Shown: one piece after another, positions 39,443 to 52,135 of the stretch
How positions within the stretch are numbered: position 1 is the stretch's first letter
How the letters are laid out: every line of letters begins with the position of its first letter
Assembly: GCA_028534125.1 (NCBI GenBank)
Contig: CM052817.1
Location: 53,384,001-53,448,000 of the forward strand
Reading direction: 5' to 3'
DNA: 64,000 nucleotides
Source: Lama glama
Taxonomy: Eukaryota
Made by a program: the position numbers and the translations under genes
The notes under the pieces: generated by a model
Database searches by the model: none
What the model was told of the DNA's origin: nothing
What the model saw: only the letters and a program-made list of their open reading frames with translations

Positions 39443-39689
39443 AGCTGTCATCATCATCATCGCCATCACAATGAGTCAGAAAATCAGAATCAATTAAATA
39501 TAGAAATAAATGCCTAAAGAAAGTAAGAGATGAGTACAAAGCCTAGGTAAGAAGAAAACTCTACAACTGGTAGAAGAAAAACTATCTTTCTATTAAAAAA
39601 GAAAAAAAAAACAGGCAATCAGAAGCAGGTAAATGGTCAGTTGAGTTTATTTTGTATTACATTTTGTTATTTTTATATAGTCCATTCAT

Positions 39690-40350
39690 CTTGAATGCAT
39701 TTGAGACAACTGAGACCACGATGTAATTGTATCTTATCTCCTAGTAACACCTCAGCAAAGTAGTGAGTCTCCAGGGAAAGATGACTAAATTGTGTGTTAT
39801 GCAGATAGAGCCTTCAAAAAATGTCACAGAGCTCCTTAGGTCCCAGAGCACACAGCAACAGCAGGATAATATCTATGCAACTTAAAATGAGGCAAAAAGT
39901 AAAAACAATTGTATGGAATTTTTAGGCAGATTGGGGCTTCGTCAGGCTCAAAAAGTTGGCAAAAAACAGAAGAAGTTCTCTCTGCCTGAACATGGCACTA
40001 CAGAAGAAAAGAGCTTTGCCGAACTGAATGGACCAGATGAGAACCAGTAATAACTTAGTAGGCATCTATATAGACTGACCACTGAGAAACCAGCAAGACA
40101 AAAGATTCAAAAGAAGTCAACGTGGACAAAACACACTTAGGACTAGATGTCCGACTTACCCTCCAGTGTCTTGGGACTATGTAGGGACCATGGAATCTTG
40201 ACACAGTACCTAGAATAGGAAAAGGGAGCCTGTGAAATAATTTGGATTACAAGTTTTGACACTGTGATGGAATAGGGCTACAAATAAAAAAAATATAGTT
40301 TATAAAAATAAATTTCTATTTATTACCTATATGAATTAGTAAAATGAGAT
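39690..40350 (+). mobile_element. Possible ancient LTR (mammalian Gypsy/ERV-like)
   Basis: LTR-like size and composition with terminal AATAAA motifs; family not recognised. Confidence 0.3.
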
Positions 40351-41569
40351 TTCTATCTGTGACTTAGCAAACAAAAATAGTTGAAGCTTCTTACGAGTTT
40401 TCAACTCATAACAGAAAAATAAGCTCATGCTATGGGAAATTTTATGAAGTACTGTACCAAAGACATGAATGAGTCTATTTTTGGTAAAAAGAAGCCAAGC
40501 TGGAAAAAATGTGTCCTTATTTTATAAAGCTTATATAATTTTCTGAATAATTGATTGAAAGACTGAAATCAACCAGAATGTTACCTTGAGCCTTTATGCA
40601 TGGATAGTTGCATTTTAGTTCTTTTGTTGTTTTGTTCTAGTTTGTTTTCCCACATTAAAAATTATATGTTTGAAGACAGTTTTAATTATGAAATTACTTG
40701 TAAAGAATTTTTCAAGTATTAGTATTTTTTCAACCGGGAAGAAATAGAGATAAATGCTTATATGGGACAAGAACTATAATAGGTAAAATGCAAGAGTCAG
40801 GATTCCTAGTTGGCCCATTCTGAGCCCAAACAGCTTTCACTGAGATTTCTCAGCTTAAAATTATTTGCATCCTGGTTTTCTCAGTATCTTCACTGGGTCC
40901 TTAAGTGGTAAATTAAAATAATAATTTAAACCCTTTTGGCAAGATTTATAATGGAATTTGAAGTGACTTGTAAGCTTTCTTCAGATGTAGAGATAAATCT
41001 TTACTTTGCATGTAGAATGCATTAGCCAAAATTTATTTGCTCCTTTTCTTAAAATGAGAAACATAACGATGTCTTGGTAAAGTATAAACATGAGGATGAG
41101 GGAGAAAGATTCATTGTTTACTTAATAAGTTGCTCACAAATTCAGATTATTTAGCAGCTATCTTTCTAGCCTGAGCATTCATGTTCAACAACTGATGATA
41201 TCCGTATAATAGAAATACCATTGATCAAGTGGAAAAAGAGACTTGATCATTGGCATTATTAAGTAGTTTTTGACTTTTCATTATACATGACAAAAATTGT
41301 AGTGTTAATGGTTAAAAAGAATGCATGAGTTATCTTCCTTCACTGAACGTGTCTGGTTAAAAAAAAAAAAGATGTGTAAGTCAGTGAACCTTTCACTAGC
41401 ATATGACACAATTAACTAAATTCCCTAATAATACTGAATGTACTGAATAATACATTTACTGAAAATTTCAGCACTGAATGGTGCCACCTCTTTGGAAACA
41501 TTAGCCTAGCACTTCTGTATAGGGGTTCTGCTGACATAGCTCATTAAGCTGGGGAATATTGGCTTACAT

Positions 41570-41645
41570 TTCTCTCTTTCTCTCTCTCTTTCTGTGTGTG
41601 TATATATATATATATATACACATACACATACATACATATATATTG
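41570..41645. repeat. Compound (CT)n(GT)n(TA)n(CATA)n microsatellite
   Basis: Directly visible. Confidence 0.9.
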
Positions 41646-44313
41646 TTTTTTTCTTCACAAAAGGAAATTGATCAGACAAGGAAGCTGATATGCAGTGATG
41701 TTTCTCCATTCAACCTAGATTTTTCATAAATAGACATTTATTTTAGCCATTAAGCAAAAGAGAAATAAAAAAATCTTACATGGTAGGTAATGTAAAACAT
41801 CATCTTTATGGTAAAATATTGATGCTTTACAGTTGAATGTAAAATTTCCATGAACTTTTAAGAATAGGGCAACGGGACACCAAGCAATTCACTAGGTGTC
41901 CTTAGTTTATGATCTTATGCCATTAGAGATACTTCTATAAAAACTTGTAGAAACATAGCTATAATTTCAATCTTCGGTCATGATTTCACATCTTTTCAAT
42001 AATTCAATAACTCTGCTCAACTTTGTCCATCAGCAAATAGTACCACCCTGAGGAACCATCAGCCCATATCCCTCACAATGATCCTCTCACTGTAAAAACA
42101 GAAACCCATGTCCTGGTCTCAGATCCCAGTGAAAGGGGCCAGACACTCTGGCAGCTGAGTCAACTGGTAACTAATAAAGGCCGTAGTGGGCACTTCACAA
42201 AAAACAGCACACAATATGTATGTCTCTGTTTCCCATTGCTTTCAGGCTTTCACAGCAAACAGAGAAGAATCTTCCAAAATGTCTGCCTGCAGTATAATAA
42301 AATAATGTAGGTTCAGTATTAATATCATGAAACACTGATAAATGGTGAAAATATAAACATGATAATAATTATAAAGGGCACACAGAGAGAAAAGAACAAG
42401 TCTGTTTGAGGATGGCTTTTACTTTCTAGCGAAAAGCGAGGAATATTACTTCTCCAAAAATCTCAAATACAGAAATAATTTAGAATGTGCCTTTATCTTG
42501 CTTCTCTGACCTGTGCTTCCATAAAGGTTAATATTTGGATTATTTGTCTGGCTTCTGTAAAATCTAATGCTAGATACTTCTACAGACTTAATGATTCCCT
42601 GGATATGGAAAAACAGCCAGGCCTGTCCAGTGCAGCAGCAGCGTCTCCTTACAGTGCTGCCGCTGTGCTTGGTATTTCAGGCCTGCTTTGCATTCATCCC
42701 CACTGCATTTGGTGAAGCCTGTTCATGAAAGAGAGCGGTAAGGATTTCCTGCAGATTTCAGTCTCCTTGATTTATTAACTGATTTCTATACAGTGGTTGT
42801 TTTAATACACTCCTCACTAGTGATGACACAGAGAATAATTACCATCCTATAAATGATCAGGAAAGTCATTTTCAATATGAAACTAATAATCTTTGATTAT
42901 TGAAAGTCTAGATAGACCCAATCTCTCTTTTCTAGGATACTGCAATAACAAGGTATAAAGCAGGGTCTTAAATACTCTTTCAGTGTGTTAATGTCATTGA
43001 CATCAGTGAGAGGGTCAAAGCAAACACACGTTTTGTAGGGCTAATTGTTTTCCTTAAGTTTCCTTGAAGCACAGTTGAAAGAATTATCAACAGATTTAGC
43101 AATAAAATGACCAAAATATTCATTATGAGGCAATTCTAATAAATTGTGTATTCTTTTAAAAAATGCATTCAGCTTAAACAGAAACATATCAAACTATGAT
43201 TTCAATGAAATGGTCTTAATTGGTGCTAGAAGTAAAATAATATATTACTAAAGAAAAATACTACATAAAATCAATTTTGAATCACTGCTTGGGTCAATGA
43301 GCTCAAATTAATATTGATATTGTATGTGTCACTCTTAACTAAAGAAAAATAACATGGCTAGAAAATGTTCATATAATGATGCTGCTCCGGTTGGCTTTCT
43401 GCCACTTAAGCAAGTAACGGTGGCTTTTTGTTAGGCTAGTAAAATTATATTCTGGTGTGAAAAAAAATTATTCTTTAGTAACTATTTCCATTATATAAAA
43501 ATGTTCAATAGTTCAAAGTTCATTTGAAACTTCTTTTATAAACTTTTTTCTGGATTAATAATGTCTGGAAATTAGATATTCACAACAGAGACTTTTCTTT
43601 TTCTGTCTCTTGATTTTTCTCTAATACGAATGAATGTTATGAATACCTTCTTCTTCCTTTTGGTTTTATAGATACAAGAATAAGACAGTTGTTTTCCAAT
43701 TCAGCATTCTAAAACTGTTATCTGCCAAATCATATAAAGTTAGGAATGCTCACAATCCCTACATCACCATGAACCACTATGATCTATACCTCTGTGTCCA
43801 TTTTTTTGAATACGGCCACTGTGACAGCATGGACATTTTAAATGGCAACATTGCTGTTGACACCATCACAGTACATCTTGAACTGCAGAGTTCTTTCCTC
43901 ATTAATGTGACTTTTTAATAATTATTATTTTTATAATTCATTTTATCATGACTTCTTTGTATGGATATTTTAGGCATTTGGACACTTGAAAAAACAATTT
44001 TCTTCTGTAAGAATAAAAAAGCTCTACTTTTTTTTCCAAATGGAGTTAGAGTTTATAGATTCCTGTTCCTTTTTCCTTCTTTTCTTTTTCTTTTCTTCAT
44101 CCCTTCCACAAAATCCTCAGAGAAGCAATAAATAATTGCATCATATTCTAGTTCACTAAATACTAATTTAGTAACTTCATGTGAAAATACTTTCTCCTAT
44201 TTGTATATCCTCAGTGAATCCTTTTATATTTCTTCAAGTAAATAGCATTTTTGTGTAAGAATAATATGGATAATATGGATGAACTGTAATAGTTACACTT
44301 TAATTTTACCCAC

Positions 44314-44348
44314 TGTATTAGTCAGGGGTCAGAGAAATAAAACCACTG

Positions 44349-44389
<41 letters not shown>

Positions 44390-44949
44390 TATATATACAC
44401 ACACATACATATATATACACACACACATACATATTCACACACACACATATACACATTTACATACATATCTGTATACATATATATACATATATAACTACAC
44501 ATCTCTCTATATATATCTACCTATCTAAAGAAATTTATTATAAGGATTGGCTCACACAATTATAGAGGCTAAGCCCTCAATCTGTTGTCTGCAAGCTGGA
44601 GACTCAAGAAATTTGGTGGTGTACTTCCAATTCAAGTCCAAAGACCTCAGAAGCAAGAGAGCTGATGGTGCAAAACTCAGTCCAAGGGCAGGAAAACACT
44701 GATGTCTCAGCTGACCTCTCAGGAAAAGAGAGTAAATTCTCTCTTTTCCACATTGTGTTCAATTCAGGCCCTCAGTGAATTAGAGGATACCCACTCACAT
44801 TGGGGAGGGCAATCTATTTTATTCAATCTACCAATTCAAATGTTAATCTCATCCACAAACAACCTCAGACACACTCAGAAATGATAGTTAACCAAGTATC
44901 TGGACACCTCATGACCCAGTCAAGTTGATACATAAAATTAACTATCACA
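44314..44949 (-). mobile_element. MLT2 (ERVL) solo LTR with (TA)n/(CA)n expansion
   Basis: tgtattagtcagggg...aagttgatacataaaattaactatcaca; partially matching TSD cccac/ttcac. Confidence 0.9.
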
Positions 44950-45204
44950 TTCACATATTATTGTTCCATTTGACTATTTTTCCCTGTTAGTGCTGATAAA
45001 ATACATTACTTTATAAAATTATGTTGATATATCATTCATAATTACTTTCTCTCCAAAACTAGGACATGTGTTTCATTTGCTTTCCGTACACTCTTTTTTC
45101 CTTTTCTTTCTTTCTTTCTTTTTTGATATGGGAATCCAATAATCAGGTATACTACAGGAATTCAAAAAGTAACACAAAACAGGCCTTGACAAAGCAGAAG
45201 GAGG

Positions 45205-45546
45205 TGAGAAGAGGAGATCAGGATTCGGAGAAGGAGGATACTGAGCTCACCTCCCCCCACGAACACATCAGAAAAATATCTACACGTGGAGCAAATCTCA
45301 CTGAAAACAAACTGGAGGTGCCAGAAAAACTGTTATACAACCAAGGCTGTAAAGAAAGAACCACACAGAGTCAGGCAGGAAGGGAAGAAGTCATCAGGTC
45401 AGGACTTGGACTCTTAGGAGGCGATACAGAAGAGGAGGAGGATTACATGGGCATGGACATCCTCCCTGGTGAGTGAGCCATTTGAACCACATTTTGGGCA
45501 CCACAGCCCTGGGGTTCAAGACCAGGAAAATAAGTTCCATTAGCTG
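45205..45546 (+). mobile_element. Isolated 5' UTR fragment of an older L1
   Basis: gaggatactgagctcacctccccccacgaacacatcagaaaaatatctacacgtggagcaaatctcactgaaaacaaactggag resembles eutherian L1 5' ends and parallels 34140-34200. Confidence 0.7.
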
Positions 45547-47294
45547 TTAACTATAATCTTTTTAAATAGATGAATTATTTTATTTATTATTTCAGTTACA
45601 TATGTTTCCAGGTATTCTGAGTTCCACCTGAAGATATCTGTAATGTCAATACTGAACATGTATTTGCTAATAAAATTGAGATTACAAAGAACTAAACATT
45701 AAAAATATGAACTGTTCTCACATCAGTTAATATTATATTTCCATCTTCTCTTAGGATAATTTTCTTCTTCAAAAGTAAGGTATGTAAATATCAAATATTT
45801 GGTGAATTTTCACTACAATTCATATTCTTCTTAGTTTATTACGGAAAAAATATAATTAAATAAAAGTGGACATTGATCTATTTTTCTAGTTTAAGATTTT
45901 TTTGTTGTATAAGTGTGTAAACTACCGTACTGTGCATTTTGGGGCATGAGGTATTAAAACATTACTCTGGTTAAGACTACTGTTATCTATTGAAATTAAT
46001 TCCTAATATTCGGTATTTATTTAGAAATATTTAATTTAAGTGACATTTGAAATCATCATAACCTTATTTTTAAGAAAGTTTTATTATTTGATTGTTCTAT
46101 GGTATTAAATTGTTCAATTTTCTATGAAGTTTAATCAAGTATATATCATATATAAACACATACATATGTATTTTATAAGTAACTGTCATTTTTATAGAAT
46201 ATATAAGCAAATTAAAAAGTTAAACCAGAACTAAAATTTTATTTGTCTGCTACCAATTAGGAATTGTCAAAGGCTTTGTCATATCATCTCAATCATAAAA
46301 GCACAGATTTTCATAAATTTAAAGACGAGAGACAAGGCATGTATCTGTTGCCTTCATTATAATGGGAAAGAAATGACTCAACAGTTAACGCCGGGGCATT
46401 GCTTCCAGTAGGAAGATATAAACAGAGTGATAACGTCAGCAGTATATGTGATTCTTTTTCAGCCTAAAATCCAAGTAACATGTTAATGCTTATATTCAGG
46501 GAGATTTTAGGTGTTCTGCCCTTGTGGCAAAAAGAAGACTGTTACTATGGCCAGAAAGAAGAGCCCAGCATAGAAAAACAAAGAGAATTCACGGTATGGA
46601 AACAAAACGATAAGATATTTTACGGTATTGACACTCCCAAGGATTAATGTATTTGACAATAGTGATACTCCCAAGGATACATCAAGCACAGAGCTGTGCA
46701 GAGCATAGTGGACAGAGTAGGCTTGAGAGGCCCCACTAGACTAAATTATGCAGAAGTGCATCAAGATTAAGATAATAGCAAGCAATTGATTGTATCAGTG
46801 CAGCACAACTGGTCATGATTGAAAGATATTCGGGAAAAACATTGAAAATCTTGACTAAAGCAGAATAAAGACCGTTTTCCTACCTTTACTAAGAATTATA
46901 AGTCGACTATCAGAATATAGTGAACAATGATTTTATTTATTTTGCATATTTATTCTTGTATAATGTACATTAAATAAGCGTATTTCCCATCATAGAATAT
47001 GATTCGTTATTCTCTATAAATCTGTTAGAAACAAGACAAATGATTTTTTTTAATCCTTACAAGTATTTAATATACAGGTACTTGGATTAAATTTATCATG
47101 AGCTTTAGTCAAGTGAGCAGAAAAAAATGTGGCATGACTTTTAAAATCCTGTCACTGTAAGACCAACTTCTGTTTGGGTCCCTTAGAGCTTCTATTTTAA
47201 AAAGTATGATTAATTTTGGTGAAAGAAATACTGCGTAAATAAATGGAAGGGGAAATGTATATAGACATTGACAATAAAAAGCATAGTTACACTC

Positions 47295-47602
47295 CAGACT
47301 CATAGACATAGTGGATAATCTTGTGGTTACCAGAAGGAAAGGGAGTGGGAAGAGATAAATTGGAAGTCCAAGATTTGCAAGTATTAACTACTATATATAA
47401 AAACAGATAAAAGTATTTCTTCTGTATAGCAAAAGGAACTATACTCAGTATCCTGTGGTAACCTATAATAAAAATGAATATGAAAATGAATATATGTATG
47501 TACATGTATGACTGAAGCATTATGATGTACACCAGAAATTGACACATTATAACTGACACACTGTAACTGGTTACACTTCAATAAAAAATATATATAAAAA
47601 TA
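47295..47602 (+). mobile_element. 5'-truncated camelid-type L1 3' end
   Basis: cagactcatagacatag...tgtacaccagaaattgacac...cttcaataaaaaa; 19-bp TSD aaaaagcatagttacactc / aaaaagtatagttatactc. Confidence 0.93.
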
Positions 47603-48399
47603 AAAAAGTATAGTTATACTCAAATATAATTATTTTTTATCTGCCCCTCACCAAAGTAATTGTATTTTTCTCCTTCTTCCTATGGAGTCTCTCCAAATTG
47701 ATTTTGCAAGTGATACCACATTATTAAAAAACTGTCTGTGAAAAGAAAAAAAATTGAAGAAATCTGCCTTCTAAGGTTGTGAATTAGCTCTTTTCGAATA
47801 ACTATTGACAAAGCCATCAAATACAAACTGGCCAAATGAATTGTGTTATGTGATATGAAGCAAATAATTCACTTCCCATCCTACTTGACTATCTTTTCAT
47901 TCTTGCCCATAAAAAGTAATGTTTTGATAACTAGCATTTCTGATACCTTCCTGGGAGGAAATAATATTGTATCAATAAAAAAAGATCTGATGCACATCTA
48001 GCATTTAATGGGTTCAATTAAATGCTTTGTCCCACCCTCTACCCCCAAAATACATTTTTTCTTGTTGTAGGGAAGAAAATCAAGCTTAGTGTTCAGCTCT
48101 GGTAGTCAACTTCCTATAGAAACTGCAGTAAATTTACTGCAGTAAATTCCCACTCAGGCAAAGTGACGTGATCCTCTAACCACTTTTGCTTTCCTTTCCT
48201 AACAAAATGATACATACCAACTGCGTGAGGATCTCCTGCAGTTTTAGAAAAGAGAAGCATTCTCTTTATGTACGATTAAAGGAGTTATTGCAATAGAAAG
48301 CTATCATAGAAATTTTATAGTTACTATTGTGCTATTATAGCTCTTATTAAGTTGAAACTACTCAAAAGTAAAGAATAATTACTAGATAAATTAGAAAAC

Positions 48400-49819
48400 C
48401 ATGGGAATGCAAGTTTATAAAAAAAAAAGTCTAGGGAGAAATTATGGAAGAGTTGAGTATACATATTTGAATTTATTTAGAAAAATTTATTGTAGGTAGG
48501 TAAGGTAAGGAAAATGAAGGTGGAAAAATACACTATAAAGTAATAAAGCTTGACAATGATATTTCAAAGGCATTGCATGTCTCCACAACAAATGGTCACC
48601 AAACTGATTTGAAGTACTTAGAAGAAGAACTGAGAAGCACATTCTGGTGAGGTAAGATGGGCTTCAGAACAATAGGAGGTAAAGGAGTCAATCCAAAAGT
48701 TATCATGAACAAGGCAAATAAACATAGATTATTATTTGGAGTTTAAAAAAAATGAAATTTTGAGAGCTATTACATCAAAATGATCATATGTACTATTTAC
48801 TGTAGTAAACTTCAGCAATAAATGTAAGCAAAAGAGAAACAAAGTTTACTATTGTTGTCCAGTAAAAGAAGAAAGCACATAGATAACCACAAAAATAAAC
48901 AGTCATGCTTACAAAGTGATACTGTCTATGAAGTAAAGGAAACTGATGCTCTGAGATTATTAAAAAAGGAAATTATTTATTTTAAAGATTCATGGAAGGG
49001 TTTTTTTGAGAAATTGACTTTCAAGCCAAAACCTCATTAATGACTATGAATAGCTTGGCAAAAGTATTTGGAGCACAGAGTGGAGGGAGTCAACTAAACA
49101 GAGGTGTGCTTCAAACAAAGAGAGATGAAATTTTAAAGGCCTAAAAGAATTTTCCAGACCCTGACTGAAAGCCAAGGTGTTAAGAGTAAGTGATAACAAG
49201 AGTGGTGGAAGATAAAGCGGGATAGGCATCAGGAGAGCAAGGTCATAATTTTTTAATTTTATCTTGAATGCAATGCAAAGCTATTGAAAAATTTAATCAG
49301 ATACATATGACACCATCAGATCTACAGTTTATGATAATTTTGGCTGCTATTAGCAGATTGGATCGGTTGGGACCAACAGTGGAAGAGCATTTGTTATAGA
49401 ATATAAAGCAAGATGACTAAGAAAGTGTGGGGGGTAGAGATGGAGATAATTGTCACTTTTGATGTATTGTTTTTGAGGCAAAATTGCAGGATGTGGTGTT
49501 CAATTATATACGAAGGTTGTTCTGCTTTCTTCCTTGAGCAACTAGTGGATAGTGGTGTCATTTACTGAAATAATGAAGACTACAAGAGGAGCTAGCTTAT
49601 TTGAAGAGTTAAGACAGAATTAATTTTGGACCTGTCAGGACTGTGATGATTGCAAGATCTCCAAATGTAGATGTACGGGTACAGTCGATTATTACTGATG
49701 GGTCCTGAAACTCAAAAGTGAACCCAAGGCTGGTGATATACTTTTGGGAGAGGTAAGCATACAAATGGTTTTCAAAGGTATGGAAATGATATGAGTTAGC
49801 CAAAGTAAGTGTATTTAGC

Positions 49820-49862
<43 letters not shown>

Positions 49863-50170
49863 CACAATGCAAAGACCTGAGGTTGTATGAAAAAGAGAAA
49901 TAGCCAACAAAGGAGACATAGAAGAAAACATAATGAGGAAAGGAAACACACAGCCGAAAGAACACGGTATCATGAAATTGAATTCAAGACTATTTTTAAC
50001 CAAATCCAAAATAAATTAAACAATGCGGAGAAGTCAAGTGAGACAAACAATGAGAAATGCCCATGGGTTTGACAACATAGAGGTCACTGGTGACTGTCAC
50101 ATGAGCAGAGGACAAGATGGAACTGGAGCCAATAAAACTTGTGATAGTTTCCAATGAAGAGAAGGAGCTG
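48400..50170 (-). mobile_element. L2 fragments
   Basis: gaatgcaatgcaaagctattgaaaa, ttgagcaactagtggatagtggtgtcatttactga, gacaacatagaggtcactggtgac motifs. Confidence 0.7.
49822..49859. repeat. (GA)n microsatellite
   Basis: Directly visible. Confidence 0.95.
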
Positions 50171-51559
50171 TCTGGATAAATCAACCTACTATCCCAGAGT
50201 TACCTTACAGGAACAAATGGGAACAAATGAATAATGTATTTTTATGTATATAAAGAAGTTCAAAGTAATTTCTTACTTAACAAATCAATTGAAATTAGAA
50301 TCCAGTTGGCTTACTTTTCCTAAAATTTATGCATAATATCGTATTTTAAAATACAATCTACTTTTTCGTTTTGCATTGCCATTTAATTGCTCCTGGAAAA
50401 CACGATTATCAGTATTCCAGTAATCTTAGAGGAGAAGAAAAAAGGATAACATGAATCTGACAAATACTCATTTCAAAAGGTCAGCAAAATGAAAGCCAAT
50501 AAATATTCGAACTAAAGGGACTTTAGACATTTTGAAGTTTACCCCAAACTTAACAGATAAGGAAATTAAACCACCATAAAGAATAGCTTCTTAGTCCAGA
50601 ATATTGCAAATATAAAATTATCTGTGCTATTCTAGTAAAAAAAAAAAAGTCCCCTGAATTCAGTAAATATTAATAATACCATTACTCAGAAATTAGACTT
50701 TTCTAAAAATAAACATGAAAAGTAACTGCTATCTGAAACAATTCCTAGAATGCTGATTTCAAAATTGGTCTAGCACAGGGAACAGTTACCTAATTACCTA
50801 TTAGACTACAAAGTAAAAAATACATACTTTTTCACATTTCAGAGAAATTTTACAGCCAGCTCAGGTGACTGGAATTTGCTAGTTTACTAAGCAGGGCTGC
50901 TCTTTTCTGATTTTCATTCTTTGACCACAGGAATGCTGGTGGCAAAATCTGATGTCATTCTATGGACTGTAGCTTTTCAATAAACTGTGCTTCAGTTTTA
51001 AATATCGGGTTCTTGCTTTAATTATGTGTTTACACTGTGGTCAACCGGACTCACTTCTACATTTGGAAGAGTTCCCAACTGGACTCTCAATAACCAAATG
51101 AGACAACTTATACAGAAGTACATGCCTGGCCTGATTAAACACGTGATCATCTCTGTGCACTACTTTTCACCTTAATAATTTAAAGACAGTCCTCAATAAA
51201 ATTTTCATTTTCGAGCATACACTTGGTAGTTTTAAGAAAAGAGGCTAATAAATAAGCCTATCAATATTAAGAATAAAGTAACATGGTTTTCACAAGAAGT
51301 TAATTTTTCATAGATTTAGGAAGATTGCTTTATTGAAATAAGGAAGAAAAATGAGGGAGAGAAGGAGGGAGGAGGGGCACGAAGGAGGAAGGATGAAAGG
51401 AAGGGGAAAAAATATTAATGTGAAAAATATATATTTCTGAAAAAAAAAGGGTTTTCAGTGCCCCTTCCTTGATCTTTTTACAATAAACAAACAAATCTGT
51501 CCCTAATTCAGAACACCTTAAGTGGGCATTTAAGATGAAATCAGTAAAGATGAGTAATC

Positions 51560-51929
51560 CAACAGTTATAAAAGATTGTAACTTCCATCTTGCCGATATT
51601 CTCTGTCGCTTTCTCAGCTTGCATGTTTTGATGAAGCAAGCAACAGAGGAAACTCTCCAGGAACAGTCAGCTTGGAACTGAGGCCCAACAGGCTGTAAAA
51701 ATTGAATTTTATCAAAACTACATGAGCTAAGAAACAAACTTTCAAACCTTCTCTAGCCCTGGCCAAAACCTCGATGTAGCCTTGTGAGATATTCTGAAAG
51801 AGAGGACCCAGGTAACCTATGATTCATTTCCAACACCTAGAAACAGTGAGATGATTATTATATTGATTACTATGTGTTGTTTTAAGCAATTAAGTCTGCG
51901 GTAATTCGTTACTAAGCAATAGATAACAC
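51560..51929 (+). mobile_element. MLT1 (E/F-like) LTR 3' portion
   Basis: ggaactgaggccc...agccctggccaaaacctcgatgtagccttgtgaga...gaggacccagg...tgttgttttaagc...gcaatagataac. Confidence 0.8.
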
Positions 51930-51953
51930 CATGACCTCAAAATCCAGAGTACA

Positions 51954-52135
51954 TGGTACTGCATTGTATATTTGCAAATTGCTAAGAGAGTAGATCTTAA
52001 AAATTCTCATTACAAGGAAAAAACATTGTGTGTGGTGATGGATGACTTATTTTGCAATATACACAAATACTGAATCATGATGTTGTACAGCTGAAACTTA
52101 TATAATGTTATATGTCAGTTATATCAATTACAAGA
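51954..52135 (+). mobile_element. L1MA-type 3' end
   Basis: ttgctaagagagtagatcttaaa...ctgaaacttatataatgttatatgtcagttatatc; TSD-like aaaatccagagtaca / aaaatctgaagtaca. Confidence 0.85.

Noticed and set aside
41478..41500. CTCF-like gtgccacctctttgg
   Set aside because: Several mismatches in the 5' half of the core motif; insufficient without data.
46511..46593. Possible 83-nt exon (tttag...acg|gtatgg) with two open frames
   Set aside because: Poor polypyrimidine tract, unrecognised peptides, no partner exons.
50840..51140. Several splice-like sites and a nearby AATAAA
   Set aside because: No coherent exon chain or recognisable product.
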